NCBI RefSeq assembly: GCF_963921235.1
Contig: NC_086106.1
Span: forward strand, 19,282,001 to 19,346,000
Source: Mobula hypostoma
Taxonomy: Eukaryota
Length of the DNA: 64,000 nucleotides
Direction: 5' to 3'
Position numbers and translations under genes: made by a program. Of the stretch, positions 24,100 through 38,153 are shown one piece after another. Each line of letters starts with the position of its first letter. The stretch's first letter is position 1. The notes beneath the pieces are model-generated. The model made no database searches, was not told the origin of the DNA, and saw nothing but the letters and a program-made list of their open reading frames with translations.

Positions 24100-25740
24100 C
24101 TTAGTTCCTGCCTAATGCCCTTGTAAATTTCCCGATGTCAATTTAAATCTCTTCCACAAGGACCACACCTATCCTTGTCGATAGCTATCCTGAAAGTTAA
24201 CGAGTTGTGGTCACAATTCCTGAACTGTTCACCCACTGAAAGGTCAGTCCCCTGGCCAGGCTCCTTCCCGAAAACTAGGTGCAGTGTGGCCCCTCCTTTC
24301 ATTGGACCGTGCACATATTGTTTTAAGAAACCTACTCAACAAATTCAAACCCATCTGAACCCCTTACATTAAGAAGCCTTCCCAGTTTATATTTGGAAAG
24401 TTGAAATCCCCCATGACACCAACCCTATTATTTTAACACTTTTCATTAATCTGATTACGTATCTGTTCCTCAATGTCCCAGTGGCTATTAGGGGGTCCAT
24501 GGTACAATCCCATCAGTGTGATTGCACCCTGTCTAACCCTGAGTTTCACCCAAATCGACTCAGTTTCTGACCCCTCCATTATGTCTCCTCTGAATGCAGC
24601 TGCGATATTGTCCCTGATCAGGACTGCAACTGCCCACCCCATTACCTACTCCTCTATCTTTTCTAAAACTCCAAAAACCTGGCACATTAATCACTCATTC
24701 CTGCCGCTCTCTCAACCAAGTTTCAGTAATGTCTACAACATCGTAGTTCCATGTACTGATCCATGCTCTAATTTCATCATCCTTACCCATAATAATCCCA
24801 GCATTGAAATATACACACTTCAAGCTATCTGACCCATTCTACCTGTTATTTAAATTTTGCCTTTCAATACTAACCCTGACATCTAACTTCTGGTCACATC
24901 CATCCCCTACTGACCTGGGGCTCTGGTTCTCAGCCCCCTGAAAAACCACTTTAAACTCTCCCAAGTAGCATCAACAAACCCTGAAGCCAGGATATTGCCC
25001 CCCCCCCCCCCCCGCCAGTTCAGGTGCAACCCATCCCAATCTTCCTGCATATTGAAATTCCTGAAGACAGTTTTAACATTGCACTTTTGACATGCATTTT
25101 CTATCTCCCATTGTAATTTGTAGACCACATCTTTGCTATTCTGTTCACAGGTCTGTATATAACTCCCAGCAGGGTCATTCACCCTTGCAGATTGTTAGCT
25201 CTACCCAGAATGATTGGACACTTTCTGAGAGCCACACCACGCTCACTGCCTACCTGCCTGTCCTTTCAATACAATGTGTATCCTTGGACATTAAGCTCAC
25301 ATCTATAATCTTCTTTCAGCCATGATTCACTGATGCCCACAATGTCATACGTGTCAATCTGTTGCTGTGTTTCAAGTTCATCTAGCTTATTCTGTATACT
25401 GTGTGCATGCAATTATAACACCTTCAGTCCTGTGTTCATCACCCTTTTTTGATTTTGTCCTCCTTTTAAATTTCAACTCATCCCATTGACTGCAATTTTG
25501 GCCTATCATCAGCCTCTGCTTGCTAGCAGTCTCACTACACACTGCTTCTGTTTGTAAACCAACAACTAGATCCTCAGCCCTATCACTCAATTTCCCATCT
25601 CCTGTCAAATTGGTTCAAATCCTTCTGAACAGCACAAGCAAACCTGCCCAGAAAGATATTTATCCCCCTTGGATTCACACGCAACCCATCCCTTTTGTAT
25701 CAGTTGTAACTTCCCCAGAAGGGATCCCAGTGATGTAGAA
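24100..25740 (-). mobile_element. Degenerate, internally deleted CR1-derived element
   Basis: APE-like ORF 24433-24642 (ESIWVKLR...LYHGPPNS). 24850-25340 is similar to about 37115-37620. Confidence 0.7.
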
Positions 25741-25919
25741 ATCTAAACCCCTGCCCCTGCATCAGTTCCTCAGCTATGCATTCATCTGTCAAATCATCCT
25801 ATCTTTCCAAAAACCTGTTGTTCTCGCAATACAACTCTTGCTTGATTTTCTTGTTTAAGTTCACAATTATTGCCCCAAATTCACATTCATATTCTTCCAC
25901 CTTTTGCTTATGAAGACCC

Positions 25920-26560
25920 AGAAGATCTAACATATTGATGCAACTTCAAAGAAGGCACAACAGCTGCTATATTCCATTAGGAGCTTGAGGAGATTTGGTA
26001 TGTCACCCGAAACAATCACAACTTTCGATAGATGTAGCATGGAGAGCATTCTAACTGGCTGCATCATGGTCTGGTATGGGGGTGCAGGAGGGAGGGGCTA
26101 CTGCATGGGATAGAAATAAACTGCAGAGAGTTGTAAACTCAGTCAGCTCCATCATGGGCACTGGCCTCCGTAGTATCCAGGACACCTTCAAGGAGTGATG
26201 CCTCAAAAAGGCAGCATCCATCATTCGGGACCCCCATCACTCAGGTTATGCCTTGTTCTCATTGCCACCATCAGGAAGGAGGTTCAGAAGCCAGAAAGTT
26301 CACAGTCAACAATTCAGGGGCTTCTTCCCCTCTGCCATCTGATTTCTGATTGGGAATTGAACCCGTGATCACTACCTCACTACTGTTTTATTTCTACTTT
26401 TGCATTGCTCATTTAATTACATACCTACATACATATACACACACGCACAATAATTCACAGGTTTTTACTCTCTTATTATGCATTGCATTGTACTGTAGCC
26501 ACAAAGACAACAAATTTCATGGCATATGTCGGTGAGATTAAACCTGATTCTGATATATCT
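25920..26560 (+). mobile_element. Rex1/L2-like LINE 3' fragment
   Basis: KKAQQLLYSIRSLRRFG...CLKKAASIIRDP..SGYALFSLPPSGRR-type remnant, ending ATTAAACCTGATTCTGAT. Confidence 0.7.
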
Positions 26561-29500
26561 GAAAATATACTGGAATGCCGGCTGTTTGAGAAGGCTGATT
26601 GCGGAATGTCTGAAGAAACAAGTGATGAGGAATAACAAATATAGAAATCAAACAGGATGTGGATCTTTTATGTGGCAAGATTGTAGAAGGGATAATGACA
26701 GCGACAACAATAAGTATCCCAAGGAAATGGAATAGAGCTGAAAAGAAAATGGTGCCACGGTGGAGAAAAGATTGTGGGGAAACAATTAAGCATCGTAATA
26801 GAGCCTTTAGAATGGAAAAGAGGGCACACAATTTTCCAAAAGTAATTGAGAATAAACATATGCAGCAATAGTAAGAAAAACAATTTTAAAGGTGAAAGAG
26901 GAATATTGGAGTACGATTTGTGACTCCGGAGGAATACAAACACCCATTGACAGTGATTGGAAGATGATAAAAAGAATGAATGCTGTCACCAGGGACATTG
27001 GATACCCAGAATTATCTATGGGGAAGGTTTGATTTTAAGTTATATGAATTGGAAATTTGAGTTTGAATGCTGAATTGGATAAAGGATTTTTAAATTGGTA
27101 GACCTGTCATGGTGCGACCAGGGAAATCAGTCAAGTAAACCAATTATGGAAAAGGGAACCCCTCAGAGAAGTGTTGTTAGTCCATTAGTATTTACTATCA
27201 TAATAAATGGTATATTTTCTAATATAAATAGTTGCATTGGAATTTCATTGTGTGGACGATGGAGCTATGTGGAAAAGGGGTGGGAATGTGAAATTTATAA
27301 CACGGAAACTTTAAGAGACAAAGGTTAACATAGAAACATAGAAAATAGGTGCAGGAATAGGCCATTTGGCCCTAAGAATCTGCACCACCATTCAGTATGA
27401 TCATGGTTGATCATCCAACTCAGAACCCTGTACAAGCCTTCCCTCCATACCCCCTGATCCCTTTAGCCACAAGGGCCATATCTAACTCCCTCTTAAATAT
27501 AGCCAATGAACTGGCCTCAACTGTTTCCTGTGGCAGAGAATTCCACAGATTCACCACTCTCTGTGTGAGGAAGTTTTTCCTAATCTCTGTCCTAAAAGGC
27601 TTCCCCTTTATCGTCAAACTGTGACCCCTCGTTCTGGACTTCCCCAACATGGGGAACAATCTTCCTGCATCTAGCCTGTCCAATCCCTTTAGGATTTTAT
27701 ACATTTCAATAAGATTCCCCCTCAATCTTCTAAATTCCAACAAATATAAGCCTAGTCGATCCAGTCTTTCATCATATGAAAGTCCTGCCATCCCAGGAAT
27801 CAATCTGGTGAACCTTCTTTGTACTCTCTCTATGGCAAGGATGTCTTTCCTCAAATTAGGGGACCAGAACTGCACACGATACTCCAGGTGTGGTCTCACC
27901 AAGGCCTTGTACAAATGCAGTAGTACCTCCCTGCTCCTGTACTCGAATCCTCTTGCTATGAATGCCAGCATACCATTTGCCTTTTTCACCGCCTGCTGTA
28001 CCTGCATGCCCACTTTCAATAACTGGTGTATAATGACACCCAGGTCTCGTTGCACCTCCCCTTTTCCGAATCGGCCACCATTCAAATAATAATCTGTTTT
28101 CCTGCTTTTGCCACCAAAGTGGATAACCTCACATTTATCCACATTAAATTGCATCTGCCATGAATTTGCCCACTCACCTAACCTATCCAAGTCACCCTGC
28201 ATCCTCTTAGCATCCTCCTCACAGCTAACACTGCCGCCCCGCTTTGTGTCATCCGCAAACTTGGAGATGCTGCATTTAATTCCCTCATCCAGGTCATTAA
28301 TATATATTGTAAACAACTGGGGTCCCAGCACTGAGCCTTGGAGTACCCCACTAGTAACGGCCTGCCATTCTGAAAAGGTCCCGTTTATTCCCACTCTTTG
28401 CCTCCCGTCTGCCATCCAGTTCTCTATCCACATCAATACCCTACCCCAATATCCTGTGCTTTAAGTTTGCACACTAATCTCCTGTGTGGTACCTTGTCAA
28501 AAGCCTTTTGAAAATCCAAATATACCACATCCACTGGTTCTCCCCTATCCACTCTATAAGTTACATCCTCACAAAATTCCATCAGATTCCTCAGACATGA
28601 TTTTCCTTTCACAAATCCATGCTGACTTTGTCCGATGATTTCACCGCTTTCCAAATGTGCTGTTATCACATCTTTGATAACTGACTCCAGCATTTTCCCC
28701 ACCACTGATGTTAGGCTAACCGGTCTATAATTCCCTGGTTTCTCTCTCCCTCCTTTTTTTAAACAGTAGGGTTACATTAGCCACCCTCCAATCCTCAGGA
28801 ACTAGTCCAGAATCTAAAGAGTTTTGAAAAATTATCACTAATGCATCCAACTATTTCTTGGGCTACTTCCTTAAGCACTCTGGGATGCGGACCATCTGGC
28901 CCTGGGAATTTATCTGCCTTTAATCCCTTCAATTTACCTAACACCACTTTCCTACTAACATGTATTTCCCTCTGTTCCTCCATCTCACTGGACCCTCTGT
29001 CCCCTACTATTTCCGGAAGATTCTTTCTGTCCTCCTTAGTGAAGACAGAACCAAAGTAGTTATTCAGTTGGTCTGCCATGTCCTTGCTCCCCATAATCAA
29101 TTCACCTATTTCTGGCTGTAGGGGAACTACATTTGTCTTAACCAATCTTTTTCTTTTCACATATCTACAAAAGCTTTTACAGTCAGTTCTTATGTTCCCT
29201 GCCAGTTTTCTCTCATAATCTTTTTTCCCTTTCCTAATTTAGCCCTTTGTCCACCTCTGCTGGACTCTGAATTTCTCTCAGTCCTCAGGTGAGCCACTTT
29301 TTCTGGCTAATTTGTGTGCTTCTTCTTTGGAATCGATACTATCCCTAATTTTCCTGGTCAGCCATGGGTGCACTACCTTCCCTGATTTATTCTTTTGCCA
29401 GACTGGGATGAACAATTGTTGTAGTTCATCCATGCGATCTTTAAATGCTTGCCATTGCATATCCACCGTCAACCCTTTAAGTGTCATTTGCCAGTCTATC

Positions 29501-32500
29501 TTAGCTAATTCATGTCTCATACCGTCAAAGTTACCCTTCTTTAAGTTCAGAACCTTTGTTTCTGAATTAACTATGTCACTCTCCATCTAAATGAAGAATT
29601 CCACCATATTATGGTCACTCTTACCCAAGGGGCCTCTCACCACAAGATTGCTAATTAACCCTTCCTTATTGCTCAATACCCAGTCTAGAATAGCCTGCTC
29701 TCTAGTTGGTTCCTCGACATGTTGGTCCAAAAAACCATCCCGCATACATTCCAAGAAATCCTCTTCCTCATCACCCTTACCAATTTGGTTCACCTAATCT
29801 ATATGTAGATTGAAGTCACCCATTATAACTGCTGTTCCTTTATTGTATGTATTTCTAATTTCCTGTTTAATACCATCCCGAACCTCACTACTACTGTTAG
29901 GTGGCCTGTACACAACTTCCACCAGCGTTTTCTGCCCCTTAGTGTTATGCTGCTCTACCCATATCGATTCCACATCCTCCCGGCTAATTTTCCTCCTTTC
30001 TATTGCGTTAATCTCCTCTCTAACCAGCAATGCCACCCCACCTCCTTTTCTTTCATGTCTATCCCTCCTGAATATTGAATATCCCTGAATCTTGAGCTCC
30101 CATCCTTGGTCACTCTGGAGCCATGTCTCTGTGATCCCAACTATATCATATTCATTAATAACAATCTGCACTTTTACTTCATCCACCTTGTTACGAATGC
30201 TCCTTGCATTGACACACAAAGCCTTCAGCCTCGCTTTTACAACACTCTTAGCCCTTATACAATTATGTTGAAAAGTGGCCCTATTTCATTTTTACCCTGG
30301 ATTTGCCGGCCTGCCACTTTTACTTTTCACCTTACTACTTTTTGCTTCTACCCTCATTTTACACCCCTCTGACTCTCTGCACTTGTTCTCATCCCCCTGT
30401 TGTGAACTAACCTCCTCTCTCCTAGTCTCTTTAATTTGATTCCCACCCCCCAACCATTCTAGTTGAAAGTCACCTCAGTAGCCCTCGCAAATCTCCCTGC
30501 CAGGATATTGGTCCCCCTTGGATTCAAGTGTAATCCGTCCTTTTTGTACAGGTCACTCCTGCGCCAGAAGAGGTCCCAGTGATCCAAAAACTTGAATCCC
30601 TGCCCCCTGCTCCAATCCCTCAGCCACGCATTTATCCTCCACCACATTGCATTCCTACTCTGTGTCGCGTGGCATAGGCAGGAATCCCGAGATTACTACC
30701 TTTGCGGTCCTTTTTCTCAACTCCCTTCCTAACTCCCTATTCTCCTTCCAGAACCTCTTCCCTTTTCCTACCTATGTCATTGGTACCTATATGTACCACA
30801 ACCCCTGGCTCCTCACCCTCTCACTTCAGGATATGTTGGACGTGATCAGAAATATCCTGGACCCTGGCACCAGGGAGGCAAACTACCATCGGGGTCTCTG
30901 GACTGCATCCACAGAATCGCCCATCTGACCCCCTTACTGTCGAGTCCCCTATTGCAACTGCCCTCCTCTTCCTTTCCCTACCCTTCTGAGCTACAGGGCC
31001 GGACTCTGTGCCGGAGGCACGGCCACTGTCGCTTCCCCCGGGTAAGCTGTCCCACCCAACAGTACTCAAACAGGAGTACCTATTGTCAGGGGCACAGCCA
31101 CCGGGGTACTCTCTATTACCTGACTCTTCCCCTTCCCCCTCCTAACCGTGACCCACTTGTCTGCCTCCTGTGGCCCCGGTGTGACCACCTGCCTGTAACT
31201 CCTCTCTATCACCTCCTCACTCTCCCTGACCAGACGAAGGTCATCGAGCTGCAGCTCCAGTTCCCTAACGCGGTCCCTTAGGAGCTGCATCTCGGCGCAC
31301 CTGGCGCAGATGTGGACGTCCGGGAGGCTTGGAGATTCCAGGGCCTCCCACATCTGGCACCGAGAACAACAAGCTGCCCTCACACTCATACTGCCCCTCT
31401 CCTCAAATAACAACAAAAAATGAATACCAAACCCTCTTCGCCTCACCCGTTTCCGCCTAAGCCGTTAAGGTGGAAGATTGGGCATGAAGATGGGAATTCA
31501 GATTTTCAGCAGAGAAATCCAACACAATGCTTTTCAAAAGGAGGAGGACAGAACAGCACTTGAAACTAAACCTTTGGTGTAGAATTAGAAGGTGTGGGAA
31601 GTTGGTGAGATAAAAGCCTCACATGGTCAACACATATTAAAAGTAAGAAAGTGCTAAATGTTATGAGGTGTTTAACAGGAAAGGAAAGGGAAGCTGATAG
31701 GAAATCCTTGAAAGCAATATATATAGGATTAATAAGATCAATACTGGACTATGGAAGTATGGTATAGGATCAGCATCACACTGTGTGGTCAATAAACTGG
31801 ATATAATTCAAAGTCAAGCATTAAGGTTAATCAGTGGGGCAATGAGGACAACACCAGTGGTGGCAATGCAGGTGGAGTTGGGAGAGACACCTCTGGAACT
31901 GAGAAGAACTCAGCTTCTGGTAACATATTGGGTGAACCTACAAGGGCCTGGAGAAAATCATCCAAGTAACCAGCTTCCAGATCCATGCTGGGAAATGGAA
32001 AGAAGGAAATCAGAAGTTTGGCATGGACTATTGAGGGAAAATCAGGAAGAATAGGAGTTAGTAAAAAGGCAGTGAGTGATACAGTGCCTTTTCCTGGGCT
32101 GTCTCCATGACTGTGTGAAGCACCAGAAGTGGATCCTGAATTATTCAAAAAGAGATAGAAAAATAGAGAAGTGATCTTAAATGGTGTAGTGGAATCTTTT
32201 ATGTAAATAATAATTATTATGGATATTTACAAATGTCCACACATGCTTCCAAATGGCAATAGTAGATGAGGGATAGGATTGGTAGTGAGACCGATGAGAG
32301 TTGTAATATTGTCTGATTCAAGCACAGGAATCAGGAGTCTAATATATTTACATTCAGCAGAAAGACCAGATATTTTATGTGAGCTAATACAATCCTTATT
32401 TTGACTTGAAATAATATCCAAAAAGCAGTGAGATGGTTGAGAAATGCAGGAAAGAGCAGGGGGAGGAGGTGATAACATCAAGATTGAGGTTTGGGCACAG

Positions 32501-32760
32501 GGTTAAAGTACTGTTTTTAAAGAAGGAACACAATAATGGGAGGTGTGGATATTGTAATCAACAGGATATAATCAAGAGCGGGGATGGTTGATTTCAGAGT
32601 TATCACAAAATAAAATTCAATTTAACATGAATAGCATTTTGCAGAAAGGGTCGCAGGATTATTGCTTTAAATATATAATGCAGTTCCTTAAGAACACAAG
32701 TCTGATAAAATTTGATACAAATAAATTATGGGGTCAAATATAAAAATGTGGGTCACGATT
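26560..32760 (+). mobile_element. Old I/Nimb-like LINE remnant (26560-27328 and 31464-32760), split by a CR1 insertion
   Basis: ORF 31785-32054 (KLDIIQSQALRLISGAMRTTPVVAMQVELGETPLELRR) and 27095-27328 (GTPQRSVVSPLVFTIIIN) resemble I-superfamily RT C-termini; the clade assignment is tentative. Confidence 0.55.
27329..31463 (-). mobile_element. Full-length-like CR1 LINE (4135 bp): ORF1 with zinc finger and SGNH esterase, ORF2 APE-RT disrupted by stops and frameshifts; 5-bp TSD GTTAA
   Basis: ORF1 pieces: CCSRCQMW...HICARC, AVAIGDSTVRG, DGLHLNPRG. ORF2 pieces: CVNARSIRNK...GITETWL, YLDFQKAFDKVPH, KFADDTK. Tail (TTCTATGT)n. GTTAA at 27324-27328 and 31464-31468. Confidence 0.92.
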
Positions 32761-33169
32761 TGCTGACCCACACTACTTCAGAAGGTGTTGGTAATTCACC
32801 TTAAGGCTTTTTGCCAACCGCCATAAAAACCTCAGAAACCTATCGACGATTGAAAGGCCCCGAAGGGGTTGATGTGGAGAGGATGTTTGCGGGAGTGTCG
32901 GGATGTAATCATACACAGGCCATTCCCACCACAGGCTGTTTGCCGAGGGAAGACAGAGAAGGGAAACACCAGGGAAAAAGTCAGGTAGGCACAGTAAACC
33001 AGACCTCCCACCTACCTGTTTCTATCCCTGCCGCCATTGGTTAAGAGATCTGCTGGTCCTTCCAACCATTTTTCATCTGTTTCGGGAAACATGCAGACCG
33101 CCTGTCTCTATTGGTTGGCGGTCTGCATGTTCCTTCCAAGCACGTAGGTCAGGCTAACTGGCCTATAAT

Positions 33170-33830
33170 TTTAATTCTTCTGTTTCTCTCTCTTCTTGAA
33201 GAGTGGAATGACATTTGTAATTTTCCAGAATTCCAGAACCATTCCAGAATCTAGTGATTCTTGAAAAATCATGACTAATGCCTCTACAATCTCTTGAGCT
33301 ACCTCTTTCTGAACCCTTGTGTGTACACCATCAGGTCCAGGTGACTTATCTACCTTCAGACCTTTCAATTTCTCAAAACTCTTCTTGGTAGTAATGTTAG
33401 CCTCACACACTTCATGACCCTGATGCCTGGATCTTCTACCTGACTGCTAGTGTCTTCCTTAGTGAAGACTGAAGCGAAATATTTATTCAGTTCATCCACC
33501 ATTTCCTTGTCCCCATTACTACCTTTCCAGCATTGATTTCCAGTGGTCTGATATCCACTCTCGCCTCTCTTTTACACTTTATGTATCTGAAGCAACTTTT
33601 GGTGTTCTCTTTAATATTATTGAGTAGCTTACTTTACCATTCCATCTTATTCTTCTTACTGACTTTTGTGGTTGCCTTCTGTTGGTTTTAAATGCTTCCC
33701 AATCGTCTAACTCCCCACCAATGCCAGCTCAATGATATGCCCTCTCTTTGGCTGTTATGTTGCCTTTGACTTCCCTTGTTCACCATGGTTGTGTCATCTT
33801 GCCTTTTGAACACTTCTTCCTCTTCAAACC
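33170..33830 (-). mobile_element. CR1-type ORF2 fragment
   Basis: ORF 33171-33410: LKVDKSPGPDGVHTRVQKEVA. Confidence 0.8.
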
Positions 33831-35522
33831 CCCATCTGAATCCTCAGGCAACAGCAGCGAGGCATTATAGAGGGTTATTTCCCTCTTGAAAATAGACTTC
33901 GAGGGTCAGCGTAAAGGATTCTTATCCCTTCCTTTCGACCTAGCAGCTGGATTGCATAAGCTTGGCTGTGAGTTCCCCAGACTGTTCAGGTATTTGCTTG
34001 GTCCTCTCCTGAACTAGAGGACACGACTCGATAAGTGTTTGGACTCGCAGAGTCCTATTGACTGGAAATGGCTTGTTTGTCCTTAAGGGCAGGACTTGGT
34101 CTCCAGACGGTCTCAGGTTACCTCAACACTGAAGGCTGCCCTCTTATTAGTTCTTGGTCACAGGAGAGTCTGGGTCTCGGAACACCATAGTGCAAACAAA
34201 CCCTCTTATCAGGACTGGACCAAGCAATGATTCTGCCCTTCCTCCAGTCCATGGATGGGTTACACTGGGACAGCCCAGGGTACCGGAGGATCAGTGGTAT
34301 GAGTGGAGAGTCAATAATGTAGAAACTAATGTCTGCATGATCCCCTATCCTCATCTTCAAATCCACAGTCTGTTGCTGGATCTTCCCGGAACCTAGTGGG
34401 CAACTGTCCAAGACAGTTGCAGGCATGTGTTGGCTCAACTCTCACAGCGGTATGTCGAACCGATGGGTGGTTCTTAAATCCAGAAAATAACCCGCTGCAC
34501 CAGAGTCCAGGCAGCTCTCACCTGCCTTAAGTTTTTACCCCGGGTGAACTCCGCCTTCAGCATGAACCCAGAGTCAGTTGTATTGGGAGTAGTGACTGCT
34601 ACCGTCACAGTCCTCCTGAATCTGGACGGTCTTAGCAGTCTCGACGGTTGCAGCCTGGGACTTTCGGCCCATCAGTGACATACTTCCCACAGTAAAACCA
34701 CGACAATGACTCTGACGCCGGGACCTTTCATTGGCGGAGAGTCCAGCACAACCGACCTGCATGGGTTGGACTGGATCTTGAGCAGTCAAAGGGTTGGTTA
34801 TGGTCCGAGGTTGTGGGGTGGAACTGTGATGCGTAGGGACTGGGCTCAGACTGGCTCACTTTGATTTCTTGAAGTGGTCCCACTTTTGCTCTGCCGGACG
34901 TTTATCGAGATGGATGGATTGGTCACTCAAAACCTCTCAGATCTCAGTTGGCTCTCCCAAGGCGAGCCATCCTTCAGTTCATCCATGGTTTTAGAACATG
35001 GCCACGGCCTTCCCATTCCAACCACTCTTCTGGGCCAAGGTCCAAAATTCGATTGCGTTGTCGGCCATGGACCATCCCCCCTGTTGAATCTTCATCAGCC
35101 GGTCTGAGTCTCAGCTGGCTCCCGTGAGGTGATTAAACACCTTCCTCATGGCAGCCATGAATTCCTCTGAATCCGAACAGATCTCAGACCGATGTTCCCA
35201 ATGCGCAGTGGCCGAGGCCAGGACTTTTCCAGTCCTGGAGCGATAATGAAGGCCACTTTTCCTCACTCTGAAAGGAACCGAGGTAAATGAAGCAAGGTTC
35301 TAGTCACGGTATCAAATTAGAGCTGAGCACAAAACAAATGTTGGATGATAGCACAAGTCAGCTTACCATTGAACACCGAACCTCTGTTCAGCTGTTCCTT
35401 AAATACTCAGTTCTTGGCACCCAAACATGATTATCAATTAGCAGGACCATCATGATCCCATAAAGGGGCCGTGCCAGCTATCCGTATTCCTGGAAGCTGG
35501 TGCAGTTGGGAGTGTCTCGTAA
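33830..35522 (-). mobile_element. Gypsy (sushi/PEG10-like) gag-protease remnant inserted in CR1 ORF1 sequence
   Basis: Minus strand KVAFIIA...GK.LA.ATAHWE (gag), PMQVG..GLS.NER.RR (gag C-terminus), VLDS..., PLILRYPGLSQCNPSMDW (protease). Begins TGTTACG after CR1 ORF1 sequence. Confidence 0.65.
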
Positions 35523-36030
35523 CAAAGACTTCTGGCTGTTCATGCTCACCATTGAGAATGCCGTGGACACGATCTGTGACATCGTGACCTTGACATCAGG
35601 GATGCAGCATACCATCTGTGTGTCTCTATCGCGCCCATAGAACCTCGTCCTGTTCCTCTGTCTAAGGAATCTCCTATCATCACTGCATTCCTCTTCGCCT
35701 CTCTCCTCTTCTGAGCCACATCACCAGACTCAGTGCCAGAGACCCGTCACTCTGGCTCCCCTTCAATAGTATCAAAAGTTATAGATTTATTATTGAGGGG
35801 AACAGCCACAGGTGTTCTCTGCACTTCTTGTACATTTGCCCTCCGTCTCCTGACAGTCACCCAGACACCGGTCTCCTGCAGCCTTGGGGTAATCTCCTCC
35901 CTGTAGCTTATGTCTGTCACCTCCTCATATCGGCCACTTTGACCATTCTCCTGATATTTCTTAGTATTTCTGCAGCCTCTCTGCTTCCTCAACTCTGCCT
36001 TCCCCTCCACCTCTCTTTGTATCATCTGCA
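35523..36030 (-). mobile_element. CR1 ORF1 fragment
   Basis: ORF 35747-36031 (WVTVRRRR...TPVAVPLNNK) is similar to 3182-3553 and to ORF1 at 31066-31446. Confidence 0.7.
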
Positions 36031-37040
36031 AACTTGGACATAAAAGCCATCAAGGGGTCGGTATTGGGACCGCTGCTTTTTACGATGTATGCCAATGATT
36101 TGGTCGATGGGATTAATGGATTTGTGACTAAATTTGCCAAAGATATAAAGATAGGTGGAGGAGCGTGTAGTGTTGAGGAAACAGAGAGTCTGCAGAGAGA
36201 GTTAGATAGTTCAGGGGATGGTGGTCAAAGAAGTGGCAAATGAAATATACTGTTGGAAAGTGTATGGTCATGCACTTTGGTGGAAGAAATAAATGGGCAA
36301 ACTATTATTTAGAAAGGGCGAGAATTGAAAATGCAGAGATGCAAAGGGACTTGAAAGTCCTTGTGCGGGATACCCAAAAGGCTCACCTCCAGGTTGAGTC
36401 TGTGGTGAAGAAGGCGAATGCAATGTTGGCATTCATTTCTGGAGGTATAGAATATAAGAGCAGGAATGTGAAGCTCTAAAAGGCACTCGTAAACCACACT
36501 TGGGAGTATTGCGTGCAGTTTTGGGCTCCTTAGTTTAGAAATGATAAACCGACATTGGAGAAGGCTCAGAGAAGATACACGAGAATGATTCCAGGAATGA
36601 AAGGGTTACCGTACGAGGAATGCCTGGCAGCTCTTGGGCTGTATTCCCTGGAGTTCAGGAGAATGAGGGGGATCTCATAGAAACATTCCGAACGTTATAA
36701 GGCCTGAACAGATTCGACATGGCAAAGTTATTTCCCATGGTAGGGGGGGACTAGGACTTCAGGATTGAAGGATATCCATTTATAACAGGAATGTGAAGAA
36801 ATTACTTTAGTCAGAGGGTGGTAAATCTGCGGAATTTGTTGCCATGAATGTCTGTGGATGCCAAGTCATTGGGTGCATTGAAGGTAGAGAGAGGTAGGTT
36901 CTTGGTTAGCTGGGACATCAAAGGGTATGGGGAGAAGGCAGGGGAGTGGGGATGACTGGAAGAATTGCATCTGGCCATGATTGAATGATGGAGCAGACTT
37001 GATGGGCCAAATAGCTTGCTTCTGCTCCTATATCTTCTGG
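36030..37040 (+). mobile_element. CR1-type LINE 3' fragment
   Basis: GSVLGPLLFTMYANDL...KFAKD; MHFGGRNK. Confidence 0.85.
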
Positions 37041-38153
37041 TCTTATGGTCTTATCATGATACTCCCTGCATTAAAATATACGCACTCCAAACTGTCTGAT
37101 CTATCATACTTGTTACTTCAAATTTGCCTTTCAATACCTTCCCTGACACCTAACTTCTGGTCCAGTCCTTCCCCTACTGACCTGGGCCCTGGTTCTCAGC
37201 CCCTGCAAAACGAGTTTAAACTCTCCCAAGTAGCATCAGCAAAACCAGGATATTGGTTCCCCTCCAGTTCAGGTGCAATCAGTCTCAATCAACCTGCATA
37301 TTGAAATTCACGATGACTATCTTAACATTGCACTTTTGATATGCATTTTCTGTCCTCCGCTGTAATTTGTAGACCACATCTTTGCTATACTGTTTGCAGG
37401 TCTGTATATAACTCCCATCAGGGTCTTTCACTCTTGCAGATTCTTATCTCTACCCAGAACGATTCTACACCTTCCGATCCCATGTCACCTCTTTCTAATG
37501 ATTTAATTTAATTTTTTACCAATACAGCCACACCACACCTTCTGCCTACCTCCCTGTCCTTTTGATATATTGTGTATCCTTGGACATTAAGCTCATAGCT
37601 ATAATCTTCTTTCAGCCACATTCAGTGATGCCCAGAAAGTCATAATGCCAATGTGTAGGTGTGCTTCAAGTTCATCGAGCTTATTCCATATCCTGCAATA
37701 ACACCTTCAGTCCTGTATTCATCACATTTTAAAATTGTGTCCCCTTTTACATTGCAACTCATCCCGTTAACTGCAATTTTACCTGGTCATCAGCTTCTTC
37801 TTGCTAGCAGTCTTACTACACACTGCCTCTGTTTGTAAACCAATGATTTGATCCTCAACCTTATCACTGCCAAATTTGTTTGGCTCTAGCAAACCTGTCT
37901 ACAAGGATATTTGTCCCCTGTGGATTCAGGTGTAACCTGTCCCTTTTGTACAGGTCATAACTTCTGCTTATCAAGGCCCAGAGGCTCGGAGTAAAGAGGA
38001 AAGGTGTAAAGTCCCAGGGGTTGTGAAGGGCCTCAGACTGCATTGTCTGTTGATAGTGCTGTCGTTGGGATTGCAGTGTCAGAGAATGCAATGTGAGATA
38101 AGGAAGCTGAAAGTTTGTGTTTCGTGTGATGTCTCTGTTAGTCAATTAGTTAC

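Noticed and set aside
38040-38106. TM2 immediately after TM1 via a 47-nt intron
   Set aside because: The intron is too short for typical vertebrate splicing, the product is not a short basic tail, and it runs into CR1 sequence with no polyA signal.
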